The notes below the pieces were generated by a model. That model was not told the origin of the DNA. It searched no databases and saw nothing but the letters and a program-made list of their open reading frames with translations. DNA of 64,000 bases from Candidatus Brocadia carolinensis (lineage in GTDB: Bacteria > Planctomycetota > Brocadiia > Brocadiales > Brocadiaceae), in the NCBI GenBank assembly GCA_002009475.1, contig AYTS01000035.1:4710-68709 (forward strand). Reading direction: 5' to 3'. The first letter of the stretch is position 1; every line of letters begins with the position of its first letter. Shown one piece after another: positions 28,602 through 37,463 of this stretch. A program made the translations under genes and the position numbers.

Positions 28602-30242
28602 TCAGACATTTTTTTTCAGACTGAGTCCTATCTTTCTTGCCTCCGGTTCAATACGAATGACCCTTACTTCCAGGTCATCGCCAATATTGACAATATCAGC
28701 AGGGTTGTTAACCTTTTCGCTGGATAATTCCGAGATATGCAACAATCCTTCGATCCCTTTCCCCAGCTCAAGAAACGCACCAAAATTCGTTAGCTTGGTA
28801 ACCTTGCCGGTGATAATGTCGCCTACCTTATATTTCTCAGGAATCTCTTTTACCCATGGATCATCGGAGAGCTGTTTCAGGCCCAGCGCAACCCTCTTTT
28901 TTTCCCGATCGACAGAAAGTACCACAGCTTCAATCTTATCGCCTTTTTTAACGATTTCCGACGGATGGCCTACTTTCTTTGCCCAAGACATGTCGGATAT
29001 ATGAAGCAACCCATCCACTCCTTCTTCGATCTCAATGAATGCGCCATAATTGGTCAGATTACGAACGCGCCCCTTGATCTTTGTTCCTGCAGGATATTTT
29101 TCTTCAATAACCGTCCAGGGATTCACCTCCGTCTGTTTCATACTGAGGGAGATTTCCTCTTTCTCTTTATCAATTTTGAGGACGATAACCTCAACCATAT
29201 CTCCAATTGCCACCATTTCAGATGGATGATTAATGCGACGTGTCCAGGACATCTCTGATATATGCACGAGACCTTCGATGCCGGTTTCCAGTTTTACAAA
29301 TGCACCATACGACATGATATTTACGACCTGACCCTTTACCCTGGAGCCTATCGGGTATTTATCCTCAATGAGTAACCATGGATTTTGAGATTTTTGTTTT
29401 AACCCAAGAGCAACCTTTTCCTTTTCTTTATCGATGCCAAGGATCACTACCTCAATTTCATCGTCCATAGCAAGCAGTTCCGATGGATGACTTATCCTTC
29501 CCCAACTCATATCGGTAATGTGGAGAAGTCCGTCCAGACCACCCAAATCAATAAATGCTCCAAAGTCAGCGATATTCTTTACCAATCCTTTTCTGATCTG
29601 TCCAACAACAATTTCCGACAATAAGCCTTGTTTCTTTTTGTCACGGTCTTCCTCGATAAGCTTTCTTCTCGAGACGACAATGTTTTGTCTTGATTCATCA
29701 ATTTTCAGTATTCGACAGGTAACATCCTGTCCAATGTATTGAGAAATATCTCCCGGTGGTTTTACATCAATCTGTGAGGCAGGTAAAAATATCGGCACTC
29801 CCATATCTACGAGAAGACCGCCTTTAATTTTCCTCGTAACCCGACCAGTGATAATATCGCCCTCTTTATATTTTGCAATAACCCTTTCCCAGCCACGAAT
29901 ACGGTCTGCTTTCCGTTTGGATAATTTAATAAGCCCCGAGTCGTCTTCTACTGCTTCCAATAAAACCTCTACATCTTCACCTACCCTTATTTCAGAGGGA
30001 TCGTCAAATTCAAATTTGGGTATCATACCTTCGGATTTATATCCGCAGTCTATGACAATGTTATCGCCAAGAGCACTGAGGATGCGTCCCTTGAGAACCG
30101 AACCTACCTCAAAATTCTGAATAGAATCGTAATAGGTGGATTCTATCTTTTTTTTGGTATCCTCGCTCCCAACGATTGCTTCGACCTCTCGCTCAATATC
30201 GGCTAAATTTACGTTATACTCTTTTAAAATATCTCGATCCAT
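28602..30242 (-). CDS. rpsA: 30S ribosomal protein S1
   Basis: 546 aa with six S1 OB-fold repeats (recurring G.V..I..FGAF..L..G..GL.HISE.S). Confidence 0.92.
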   Translation of the reverse strand: MDRDILKEYNVNLADIEREVEAIVGSEDTKKKIESTYYDSIQNFEVGSVLKGRILSALGDNIVIDCGYKSEGMIPKFEFDDPSEIRVGEDVEVLLEAVEDDSGLIKLSKRKADRIRGWERVIAKYKEGDIITGRVTRKIKGGLLVDMGVPIFLPASQIDVKPPGDISQYIGQDVTCRILKIDESRQNIVVSRRKLIEEDRDKKKQGLLSEIVVGQIRKGLVKNIADFGAFIDLGGLDGLLHITDMSWGRISHPSELLAMDDEIEVVILGIDKEKEKVALGLKQKSQNPWLLIEDKYPIGSRVKGQVVNIMSYGAFVKLETGIEGLVHISEMSWTRRINHPSEMVAIGDMVEVIVLKIDKEKEEISLSMKQTEVNPWTVIEEKYPAGTKIKGRVRNLTNYGAFIEIEEGVDGLLHISDMSWAKKVGHPSEIVKKGDKIEAVVLSVDREKKRVALGLKQLSDDPWVKEIPEKYKVGDIITGKVTKLTNFGAFLELGKGIEGLLHISELSSEKVNNPADIVNIGDDLEVRVIRIEPEARKIGLSLKKNV

Positions 30243-30285
30243 AATTTGAAGATTTCTCCGAAATAAAAATGAAAAAATAAAAGGT

Positions 30286-30990
30286 TTATAAAATAAAGTA
30301 CATTTCTATGAGCTTTGACAATCCTGTTTTTTTTACAACAGGCTCAACTTCTTTGAGTATCCGGCTGATCACTTCTTCAATCGGCATTTTTGTAGTATTC
30401 AGATAAATTGCGTCCTCACTTTTCCTGAGGGGAGAATTATCCCTGGTCGTGTCCCGTTTGTCGCGTATTTCAATATCTTTTACGACATCGGTATAGGAAA
30501 TTTCGTTATCCGGCAAATTCATCTCGCCATGCCGTCTTCTGGCGCGCTCTTCAATCTCGGCATCCAGGAAAAATTTCTTTTCTGCATGCGGGAAAACAAC
30601 CGTACCCATATCCCTTCCCTCTGCTATGATATCTCCTTCAGACGCAAGCGTTCGCTGGAGTTTCACCATGCGTTGCCGGACACTGGGTGTATTCGAGATA
30701 AAATGAACGTTGTTTGTAACAGAGGGCAACCGGATTTCTTCCGTTACGTTAACCCCATCAATAAATATTTGTAACCCGTTGCTCGTGCTCCGGAGTTCGA
30801 TAGCGGTTTGATCCATAAGATGGCATAAGGCAATTGCGTCTCTTAGGTCTATTCCACTCTGTAGTGCTTTCCACGTGAGCGCCCGATACATAGCTCCGGT
30901 GTCGAGATATTTAAATCCCAGTCGTTTTGCCAGCATCCTGGCAATGGTACTTTTTCCGGAACCAGCGGGGCCGTCAATCGCTATTATCAA
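30286..30990 (-). CDS. cmk: Cytidylate kinase
   Basis: IIAIDGPAGSGKST P-loop, then LDTGAMYRA. The probable start is TTG at 30990 (MIIAIDG...) with GGAAGAGG 6 nt upstream. The ORF-track start at 31086 adds an implausible 32-aa basic extension. Confidence 0.85.
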   Translation of the reverse strand: MIIAIDGPAGSGKSTIARMLAKRLGFKYLDTGAMYRALTWKALQSGIDLRDAIALCHLMDQTAIELRSTSNGLQIFIDGVNVTEEIRLPSVTNNVHFISNTPSVRQRMVKLQRTLASEGDIIAEGRDMGTVVFPHAEKKFFLDAEIEERARRRHGEMNLPDNEISYTDVVKDIEIRDKRDTTRDNSPLRKSEDAIYLNTTKMPIEEVISRILKEVEPVVKKTGLSKLIEMYFIL

Positions 30991-31117
30991 ACAAAACCTC
31001 TTCCGTAAACGGTAATAGCGTCTGATATGATATCGAATCAAAAGGTGAAAGGGTTGAAATATACCACAATAAGTCTTTTTTTGCAAGCGTTTTTTGCTTC
31101 AACAACGTTTTCCTGTA

Positions 31118-33409
31118 TTAACTTAATCCGCCCCGTTTTCTTACCCACCATTCAACAGAAACGATTGCCAGTATTGCCACAAAGAGGTAACCATTATCCC
31201 ACAAAGAGATTTGTCGTTTGCCGACGAGTTTTACAATTGCCGGGTTTTCAATCGATAATTTATCACCGACATTTTTTACGGGAAGTTCAAAATATGTGCC
31301 GCCGGAAACCGCGGCTATTTTGGCAAGGATATCCCTTCTGATAGAAGTATCTTGAAACTCCTTATTTTTTACTGCAATATTAAAAACGGCATAATCCTGC
31401 CCAACCTCGTCCTGTTCTTTCTTCCCGGTCACTTTGACAATATAGTAACCTTCCGTATCGTGTTTGACGACAAACCGGTATTGACCATCAGCGCCCGTAA
31501 CGCCTTTTCCTGAGAAGATACTTTTCCCGGAAAATTCGTTGGTGATGTTTATATCTAATTGCACACCGTCCAGGGGTTGGTAATTTCCGCCCACGGCATC
31601 GATCCTGATGGGCACTTCTTCGTCTGGCAAAAACGTTTCCTTGTTTACCATAACATGAATGGGGTTTAAGGTGGGGTCTTTGATGAGCCACTTTATGGAA
31701 TTCTGCCAAAATTTTATATAATGCCTGTTGCTGCCGCCTTTCCCTACGGACAGGAAATTCCATCGCCACAAAGAATCGGTTGTTATAGCCATACTTCTGC
31801 CCTGACCGATATCCCTGACGGAAACCAACGGCGGGTTTCCCTTTGTCGGGTAGACAGCCAGGGAGATGGAGTCCGGCTTTAGTTCCGTGGTCACATTACA
31901 TCCATCCAGTTCCGGAAGGTCTTTCCAGAGAGCGGTATTTCTGTCAGGATTGATATCAAGTGCGGTTATCGGATGTTTCAGGCCATCAGGGGTCAGCAGC
32001 GCCTTTAGTCGGGTTGTGTCGATGGTATCTTTCCCGGTGTTGAGGCTTACGGGAAGGATTTCTTCAATAGGGGTGCCGTCATACCCGCCTTGTGAAAACG
32101 AGATGTCGCCGCCAATCATCATAAAACCACCGCCTTGTTCCGTTACAAACCTCCGCAGGTTCGACAGGTAGTGTGAAAACCGGAAGAATGCTGCATCATA
32201 TGGCCGGTAGTCAAAGTTCTGAAAGATAACCAGATCAAAACTATTGAGTGCCTGCGTAAATAACTCGTCTACAGGAAAAGGGATGAGACTGAGTTCATCA
32301 TTCCTTGCCTCGGAAACATCCGTTGGTGTCCGCAGAATGAAGAATGATATGAGGTCAATGTTGGGATCACTTTTTAATACCCCCCTCAGAAAACGCTCAT
32401 CCCACGATGGGCGTCCGCAGACATGCATAATCCGTATTTTATCGCGCACCACCTTCACGAGAAAACTGGTCTGATTGTTTTCGGTAATCGCCTCATGCGG
32501 CTGGACAGGGAAGGAGACCGTATAGAGAAAGGTGCCTGTCGTGTTGGGAGTGAATGACAGGTCGACATGAAGTTCGCTTTCACTTCCCGTATCAAAGACC
32601 TTCGAAGAAATAATGTCGTTGCCCTGTTTCAGGGTCACCGGGAGCTTGAGGTTTTTATACCCGTGAACCTTGATAACCACATCCGCCTTCCATGGGCTTC
32701 GCACAAAAGTAAAACTGTCATAAGAAACCTTGCTGATGGCAATATCCCTGGCCTCCATATTGCCGGCCGGAGAAAAAGTAAAAAATGGAACTGACAGGTC
32801 TTTGGTAAGATTTGCGATGATTTCCATTTTATTCAGACTTGAAGGAAGTTCTACGGTGTCAGCGCCGTCAGAAAAAACGAAATATCCCTTGACCGATGTA
32901 TTTTCATAGCGCTTTTTCAGGAGCTTCAAGGTTTGGACGATATCAGTGTTCGTACCATCGAGTGCAAGACCCTTTTCGACATCATCATGCGAAATCTCTT
33001 TTATCACATCAGAAAAGGACACGTAATCAACATCAAAATTATTCTCCAGTTTTTCAAGAAACGAGGCATTGTCATGGAAAAAATTCTTGACGAGCTGGAA
33101 TCGGGTAATCCCGGTATCTCCTCCTTTGAGCGTCATGCTCTCCGAATTATCTAAAAGGCACACGACCTTGTTCTTTAACTTCAGGATCTCCTTCTGCTCC
33201 AGTTGCGGCTGAAGCAAAAGCATAACAAAAAGCGCCATGGCAAGAAAACGGAGCGCCAAAAGCAACATTTGTTTCTTACGCGAAGGAATAGCTTTGATGC
33301 CGCACCAGGAAAAGTACAGTGCCGTAATCGCCATAAACATGACCAGCGCACGCAACCAGACGTTTTCGATGCCAGCGAAACTCAGATGCCATTGGGTTAA
33401 ATTTTCCAT
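31118..33409 (-). CDS. vWA-domain membrane protein (BatA-like N-terminal double-TM anchor, central class-I glutamine-amidotransferase-like/DUF1355-like region, C-terminal TM)
   Basis: Two N-terminal TM helices and a MIDAS-like VVCLLDNSESM. The middle region (FDLVIFQNFDYRPYD, GGGFMMIGGD) resembles my recall of the DUF1355 family. There is a C-terminal TM (YLFVAILAIVSVEWWV). Confidence 0.55.
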   Translation of the reverse strand: MENLTQWHLSFAGIENVWLRALVMFMAITALYFSWCGIKAIPSRKKQMLLLALRFLAMALFVMLLLQPQLEQKEILKLKNKVVCLLDNSESMTLKGGDTGITRFQLVKNFFHDNASFLEKLENNFDVDYVSFSDVIKEISHDDVEKGLALDGTNTDIVQTLKLLKKRYENTSVKGYFVFSDGADTVELPSSLNKMEIIANLTKDLSVPFFTFSPAGNMEARDIAISKVSYDSFTFVRSPWKADVVIKVHGYKNLKLPVTLKQGNDIISSKVFDTGSESELHVDLSFTPNTTGTFLYTVSFPVQPHEAITENNQTSFLVKVVRDKIRIMHVCGRPSWDERFLRGVLKSDPNIDLISFFILRTPTDVSEARNDELSLIPFPVDELFTQALNSFDLVIFQNFDYRPYDAAFFRFSHYLSNLRRFVTEQGGGFMMIGGDISFSQGGYDGTPIEEILPVSLNTGKDTIDTTRLKALLTPDGLKHPITALDINPDRNTALWKDLPELDGCNVTTELKPDSISLAVYPTKGNPPLVSVRDIGQGRSMAITTDSLWRWNFLSVGKGGSNRHYIKFWQNSIKWLIKDPTLNPIHVMVNKETFLPDEEVPIRIDAVGGNYQPLDGVQLDINITNEFSGKSIFSGKGVTGADGQYRFVVKHDTEGYYIVKVTGKKEQDEVGQDYAVFNIAVKNKEFQDTSIRRDILAKIAAVSGGTYFELPVKNVGDKLSIENPAIVKLVGKRQISLWDNGYLFVAILAIVSVEWWVRKRGGLS

Positions 33410-33460
33410 ATCATCATCACTGAGAAGTAAAGGCGCTTTTCATATCCCGTCGCCCTGTGC

Positions 33461-34933
33461 CTATTTTCTTTTTGCCTTTACCCTGGGACGCAATTTGGCC
33501 TTCTTTTCCAGGGCAGCTAACCGCCGCAAGGTATTTGCCTCACTCTGTATATCCACGTATTTCTTGAGCAAATTTGACCACGAGAGATAGGTAAAGCCGT
33601 TGGGGTTCATGTGTGCCAAGCCCTTTCGGACCAGAAAGGCGTCATTTTCCCACATATACAGGAAGTCCTTTTCAATCCTGCTTGGGTTTCCGTTCTTTGC
33701 CCAAAATTCTCCGTAAAAACCGCCCAGGAGGTCGGGATGTTTTTCCGTAACAGGGGCAGGGGCTTTTGGCCTGTTTTCAGGCATAGGATAGAGTATGCCC
33801 TCTTCGTAAAGGGATTTAATTGTGGCGTAGGCATCGCTCACGTATTGGAAAACGGAATCCGAGGCATTATCCATAGAGGCAAGATAATCACGGGAGAACC
33901 GTGGAGAATGACATTGTACACAAACTTCAATCCATGCCTCCCGCCGTGCCATTAACTCCTTGCTATTTTTGATGTAATCGGTTGGTTTAATCCCTTTAAA
34001 AACATTGTCATAAAACAAGACGTCCCCCTCGCCCATAATAGCCTTTCTGACCATATTATGGGAATACTGCCCTTTGTAATACATATGGCAAGATTGGCAG
34101 GTGGGGGAGGTATAATTTGCGTCCTTGAGTTGTTTGCTCCAATCCCAGGTAGGTCCTTCAATAAAATAGATAGAGCCGTGTTTGGAGTCCCGGTAATATT
34201 CGATGTCCGGATGATCAGGCCCGTTATGACACGTTTGGCATGCCTCCGGCCTCCTGGCCTCAGAGGCCTTGAAGGCGTGGCGGGTATGGCAGCTATCGCA
34301 CTTGTGCTGGATGCTGTGGCACATATCACAGCCCTGAACAATATTCTTATCTACCGCTGCCCAGACATCCACGTCCAGGTTGGCATCATAAGCCTTTGCA
34401 TGGCTTTCTCTGCCTGGTTTCCAGTCAGGAATACCGTATTGCTTCTCTGATTCAAACTCCTGGTATTCCTGTTTATGACATTCGCCGCACAGAACGGAAC
34501 TGGGCATAATGAGCTCTTTTTCATGATCCAGCTTCTCCGCACCAACCTTGCCGTGGCAATCGATACAGCCGACCTTCGTAAGCTTCCGTCCCAGGGTTTT
34601 TTCTATTTCGGCGAGCTTCTCTTTCTGGTAGTCCTGCAGCTTATCCAGATTCGCATGGCTGCTTTCTGCCCACGCCTTGACCAATCCAGGATTTAAAGCC
34701 TTATGGCAGAGCGTGCACTCATCCGCCTGATAAACCCCTTTGGGCTCTTCCGGCGGTGAATAAAAATAGTCCGGCGCCCAGTACCTCTGGGTGGGGATTG
34801 GTTTCCAGAATTCACCGTACGGGCCTACCCCCTTATCGAGTTTTTGAGCCGGAACTCCGCCGCAAAAAACACCAAAGAGCATTGCCACTCCAACAAACGA
34901 CAAAATTACCTTCATGTGCCTCTTCCTCCCCAT
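33461..34933 (-). CDS. Octahaem hydroxylamine-oxidoreductase-like (HAO-like) c-type cytochrome
   Basis: Signal peptide (the real start is possibly MKVILSF at 34915). Eight CxxCH motifs: CTLCH, CIDCH, CGECH, CDMCH, CDSCH, CQTCH, CQSCH, CVQCH. Their spacing is as I recall for HAO-family proteins. Confidence 0.8.
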   Translation of the reverse strand: MGRKRHMKVILSFVGVAMLFGVFCGGVPAQKLDKGVGPYGEFWKPIPTQRYWAPDYFYSPPEEPKGVYQADECTLCHKALNPGLVKAWAESSHANLDKLQDYQKEKLAEIEKTLGRKLTKVGCIDCHGKVGAEKLDHEKELIMPSSVLCGECHKQEYQEFESEKQYGIPDWKPGRESHAKAYDANLDVDVWAAVDKNIVQGCDMCHSIQHKCDSCHTRHAFKASEARRPEACQTCHNGPDHPDIEYYRDSKHGSIYFIEGPTWDWSKQLKDANYTSPTCQSCHMYYKGQYSHNMVRKAIMGEGDVLFYDNVFKGIKPTDYIKNSKELMARREAWIEVCVQCHSPRFSRDYLASMDNASDSVFQYVSDAYATIKSLYEEGILYPMPENRPKAPAPVTEKHPDLLGGFYGEFWAKNGNPSRIEKDFLYMWENDAFLVRKGLAHMNPNGFTYLSWSNLLKKYVDIQSEANTLRRLAALEKKAKLRPRVKAKRK

Positions 34934-34983
34934 AAGTGCATGTTCATCAGATAATTGTCCGGTACGTAAATGTCACTTATTAT

Positions 34984-35101
34984 ACCAAAGCGTAGCAAAG
35001 CCGCAACCAAATATCCCCGTTGTGAAAGCGGGAGATTACTTCGGAAAAGACCCCTCGCAATGACACGGGCTATGCTTTGATAACATATTATGCGTTGTCA
35101 T
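34984..35101 (+). repeat. Repeat family R1, copy 2 (about 50 nt upstream of the HAO-like start)
   Basis: ...accaaagcgtagcaaagccgcaaccaaatatccccgttgtgaaagcgggagattacttcggaaaagacccctcgcaatgacacgggctatgctttgataacat... aligns with 10934-11052. Confidence 0.8.
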
Positions 35102-35159
35102 CTATGAAAAAGCATGTCAAGAAAAAATAGTGTCCCTGTTGACAAAAAAACAAGGGAAA

Positions 35160-36600
35160 TGTTTTCTTGCCATGCGTCCTTCCGCTTAGCTGGGGCTAAT
35201 CAAGCGAGTAAAGTATCGAGTGCATGAATGACAAACGGGTTTGTAGTGTTCTCTGTCTCTTACCTTCCCTGAAATACCTTTGGCAATCGGTTTTCAGTCA
35301 TCTATCGGTGCTCTTTGCTGAGCATGGTAATTTTCGATTTAAACGAGGGCGGATCAACCATTGCGTTGGACCTCTTTGGGTCAATGACACGTGGATCTCA
35401 TCCCTCTCTCAAGAAAACAGCTAAGAACCAGCCTTTCATGCCTTCTTACCCTGTTTTACTTGATGAGATTGCCGGTGATCAGTTTGTCATCATATTTCTC
35501 ACTCTTCCTCCACACACTTAACGATATCGCCGCTATCTTACGGCATACGGCATTATAGGCATTGTCATGACTGATACCTTTCAACCGTAAGGCATCGTAA
35601 TAGTTCCTTAAACCGCTCTCACCCTTTAAGACCGAATGCCCTGCCATCTTGTATACGCATTTCAATATCCGATTCCCCCAAATCTTTTCACTCCCATATC
35701 CCCTCCCGTCACTTATCCTCTTATGCCTCACCAACCCACAGTAACTGTAATATTTGTACTTACTGCGAAACCTCCCCGGGTCTATTACCTGTGATACGAT
35801 CTTCGCTGCCTGGATACTCCCAATCCCGGGAATACTCGTGAGATATTTTTTCTCTTTAAATCCCTTACTGCACCGAACAATTTCTTTTACGTATTCCTGC
35901 CTGCTTTCTTCCATCTTCTCTAAAAGCTGATAGAGCTGTGTGCCAATAAATTTAAAGTCTGCCCGCTCTAATCCTTCAAGAAAACTCTCATCGTTATATA
36001 ACGCTTCGCCTTTGACTTTCCTCCCACTTTTTCGAAATAAGGATTTGTACCGGTTCTTCAGCCTTACACCCTCTTCAATGAGATCCTGATACCCGAACAT
36101 CAAACTCCTGAGCCTCTCCCGCTTTGAACCATCATGATATACGGGTACGAGAAAACCTCCCCGTAAAAGATTCGACAGCTTCCTGGCATCCAGCTTGTCC
36201 GTCTTTTTCTTCTTGTAGTCACCGTTTGCTACTGGATTGCATACGATCAACTCATCTACCTCTGGTCTCAATATCTTATAGAGCCAGTTGCTTAATTCAC
36301 ACTCTTCAAAGGTCAGTTTCTTAACTCCCTCTATCCCCCTCACATACTTCACCAAAAGCCGCCCATTGCTCTCTATCGTAGCGTTGTCTACTTCCCTCCC
36401 TCTTGCATCCGTCACATGGAAGGTACATGTTGACGAATGTGCATCTAATCCTATATACTTTAGCATACAGCCTCCTTCCCAAGGTTTAAAGACTTACCAT
36501 CTTCACTGATGGTCCAAAACCTTTATGATAGTTAATATCACAAGAGGTTATTACCTGTTCAAGGTTTTTTTAACCTCTTTGGAAGGACGCTGCTTTTTCA
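35160..36600 (-). mobile_element. IS110-family insertion sequence (boundaries approximate)
   Basis: The transposase gene has about 130 nt (5') and about 250-300 nt (3') of non-coding flank. No terminal inverted repeats are expected for this family, so the ends cannot be set from one copy. Confidence 0.55.
35456..36466 (-). CDS. IS110-family transposase (DEDD recombinase)
   Basis: N-terminal RuvC-like DEDD pattern (IGLDAH..., TFEECE, KKKTDKLDARKL). C-terminal IS116/IS110/IS902 domain (LTSIPGIGSIQAAKIVSQVIDPGRFRS...YCGLVRHKRISDGR). Confidence 0.85.
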   Translation of the reverse strand: MLKYIGLDAHSSTCTFHVTDARGREVDNATIESNGRLLVKYVRGIEGVKKLTFEECELSNWLYKILRPEVDELIVCNPVANGDYKKKKTDKLDARKLSNLLRGGFLVPVYHDGSKRERLRSLMFGYQDLIEEGVRLKNRYKSLFRKSGRKVKGEALYNDESFLEGLERADFKFIGTQLYQLLEKMEESRQEYVKEIVRCSKGFKEKKYLTSIPGIGSIQAAKIVSQVIDPGRFRSKYKYYSYCGLVRHKRISDGRGYGSEKIWGNRILKCVYKMAGHSVLKGESGLRNYYDALRLKGISHDNAYNAVCRKIAAISLSVWRKSEKYDDKLITGNLIK

Positions 36601-36775
36601 TATTACCATTGCGAGTGAAGCGAAGCAATCTTTCCATCGTAAACAAACTGTGCCTCCTGATAAGGGGTAAATAGAGTTGTGAAAAAAAACTTACAAAAAT
36701 ATGTCCTCATGGAACTCGTCCTCGTAAAAACGGGGATTGGGGAAAGAAGTTTTGACACGGGAATACTATAGGGGT
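36596..36775 (+). repeat. Composite repeat cassette upstream of the DinB-family gene (family R7 plus embedded short repeats)
   Basis: ccattgcgagtgaagcgaagcaatctttc...aacaaactgt.cc..ctgataagg..taaata.agttgtgaaaaaaaacttacaaaaa...ttttgacacgggaatactataggg matches the reverse complement of about 49700-49905. Confidence 0.75.
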
Positions 36776-37271
36776 GATGATGATGACAAGAGAAGAACGG
36801 ATGCAGAAAATTGAATTGTATGGCAAGGGATTCGTCCAGCTTACTGAGGCTTTAAAACAGTTTCCGAAGGAGATGTGGTTGTTCAAACCTTCGCCCGACC
36901 GCTGGAGTATCCATGAAATTATCATTCATATTGCTGACAGTGAGGCGAATGCCTATGTCAAGTGCAGGAAATTGATTGCTGAACCTGGCAAACCCATTTC
37001 AGCCTATGATCAGGACAAATGGTCTGCGGCGTTTCATTATCTGGACCAAAGCACTGAAGAGGCATTGGAATTGTTCAGGAGACTTCGTCTGTTGTCGTAC
37101 AAGCTTATCAAGGCGCTACCTGAGCCGATTTGGGTAAAGTCGGTTAGTTCTCAGGAGAATGAAACCTTTGCCCTGGATGATTGGCTGGAAATTTACGAGC
37201 AGCATATACCGGGGCATATCAGGCAAATGAAAAAGCGGCATGATGAATGGAAGCAGAAATGTCTGAAATAG
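36774..37271 (+). CDS. DinB-family (DinB_2-like) four-helix-bundle protein
   Basis: 165 aa with WSIHEIIIHIADSEANAY and IYEQHIPGHIRQM, a His-triad pattern typical of the DinB superfamily. Confidence 0.7.
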   Translation: MMMMTREERMQKIELYGKGFVQLTEALKQFPKEMWLFKPSPDRWSIHEIIIHIADSEANAYVKCRKLIAEPGKPISAYDQDKWSAAFHYLDQSTEEALELFRRLRLLSYKLIKALPEPIWVKSVSSQENETFALDDWLEIYEQHIPGHIRQMKKRHDEWKQKCLK

Positions 37272-37282
37272 CGTGTGAATCA

Positions 37283-37441
37283 GGCCGTCGGCGACTTACC
37301 TCCCTGTTTCCCCCAGTTTACGGGGGGATTATGGGGGGTGATTGAAATTCCTTAACATTGAATTAGATCCTTCGCTCCGTTCAGAATGACAACTTCGCAT
37401 TATTCTGCCATTCTGAGGGAATGAAACGACCGAAGAATCTC
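37283..37441. repeat. Two short dispersed repeat units (family R5 'GGIMGG/PPLxGG' type, and a 'HSERSEGI'-type hairpin)
   Basis: 37283-37351 is the reverse complement of the unit at 57189-57261 and 56764-56830 (ggaatttcaat..cccc.ataa.cccc...gggg.gaga.cag.gg). 37367-37441 is an inverted repeat ccttcgctccgttcagaatgac / gccattctgagggaatgaaacgaccgaagaatc. Confidence 0.75.
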
Positions 37442-37463
37442 AACTGTGAAATTCCCTAAACCG

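Noticed and set aside
28498-29004. A 168-aa plus-strand ORF.
   Set aside because: It is entirely antisense to rpsA and the sigma-factor 5' region, with low-complexity S/F/L composition. This is the typical shadow ORF of a highly expressed gene.
36755-36772. 'aatactataggg' in both R7 copies resembles the 3' half of a T7-type phage promoter.
   Set aside because: Only about 10 nt match, the upstream specificity region is missing, and no phage RNA polymerase context exists. It is treated as coincidence within the repeat.
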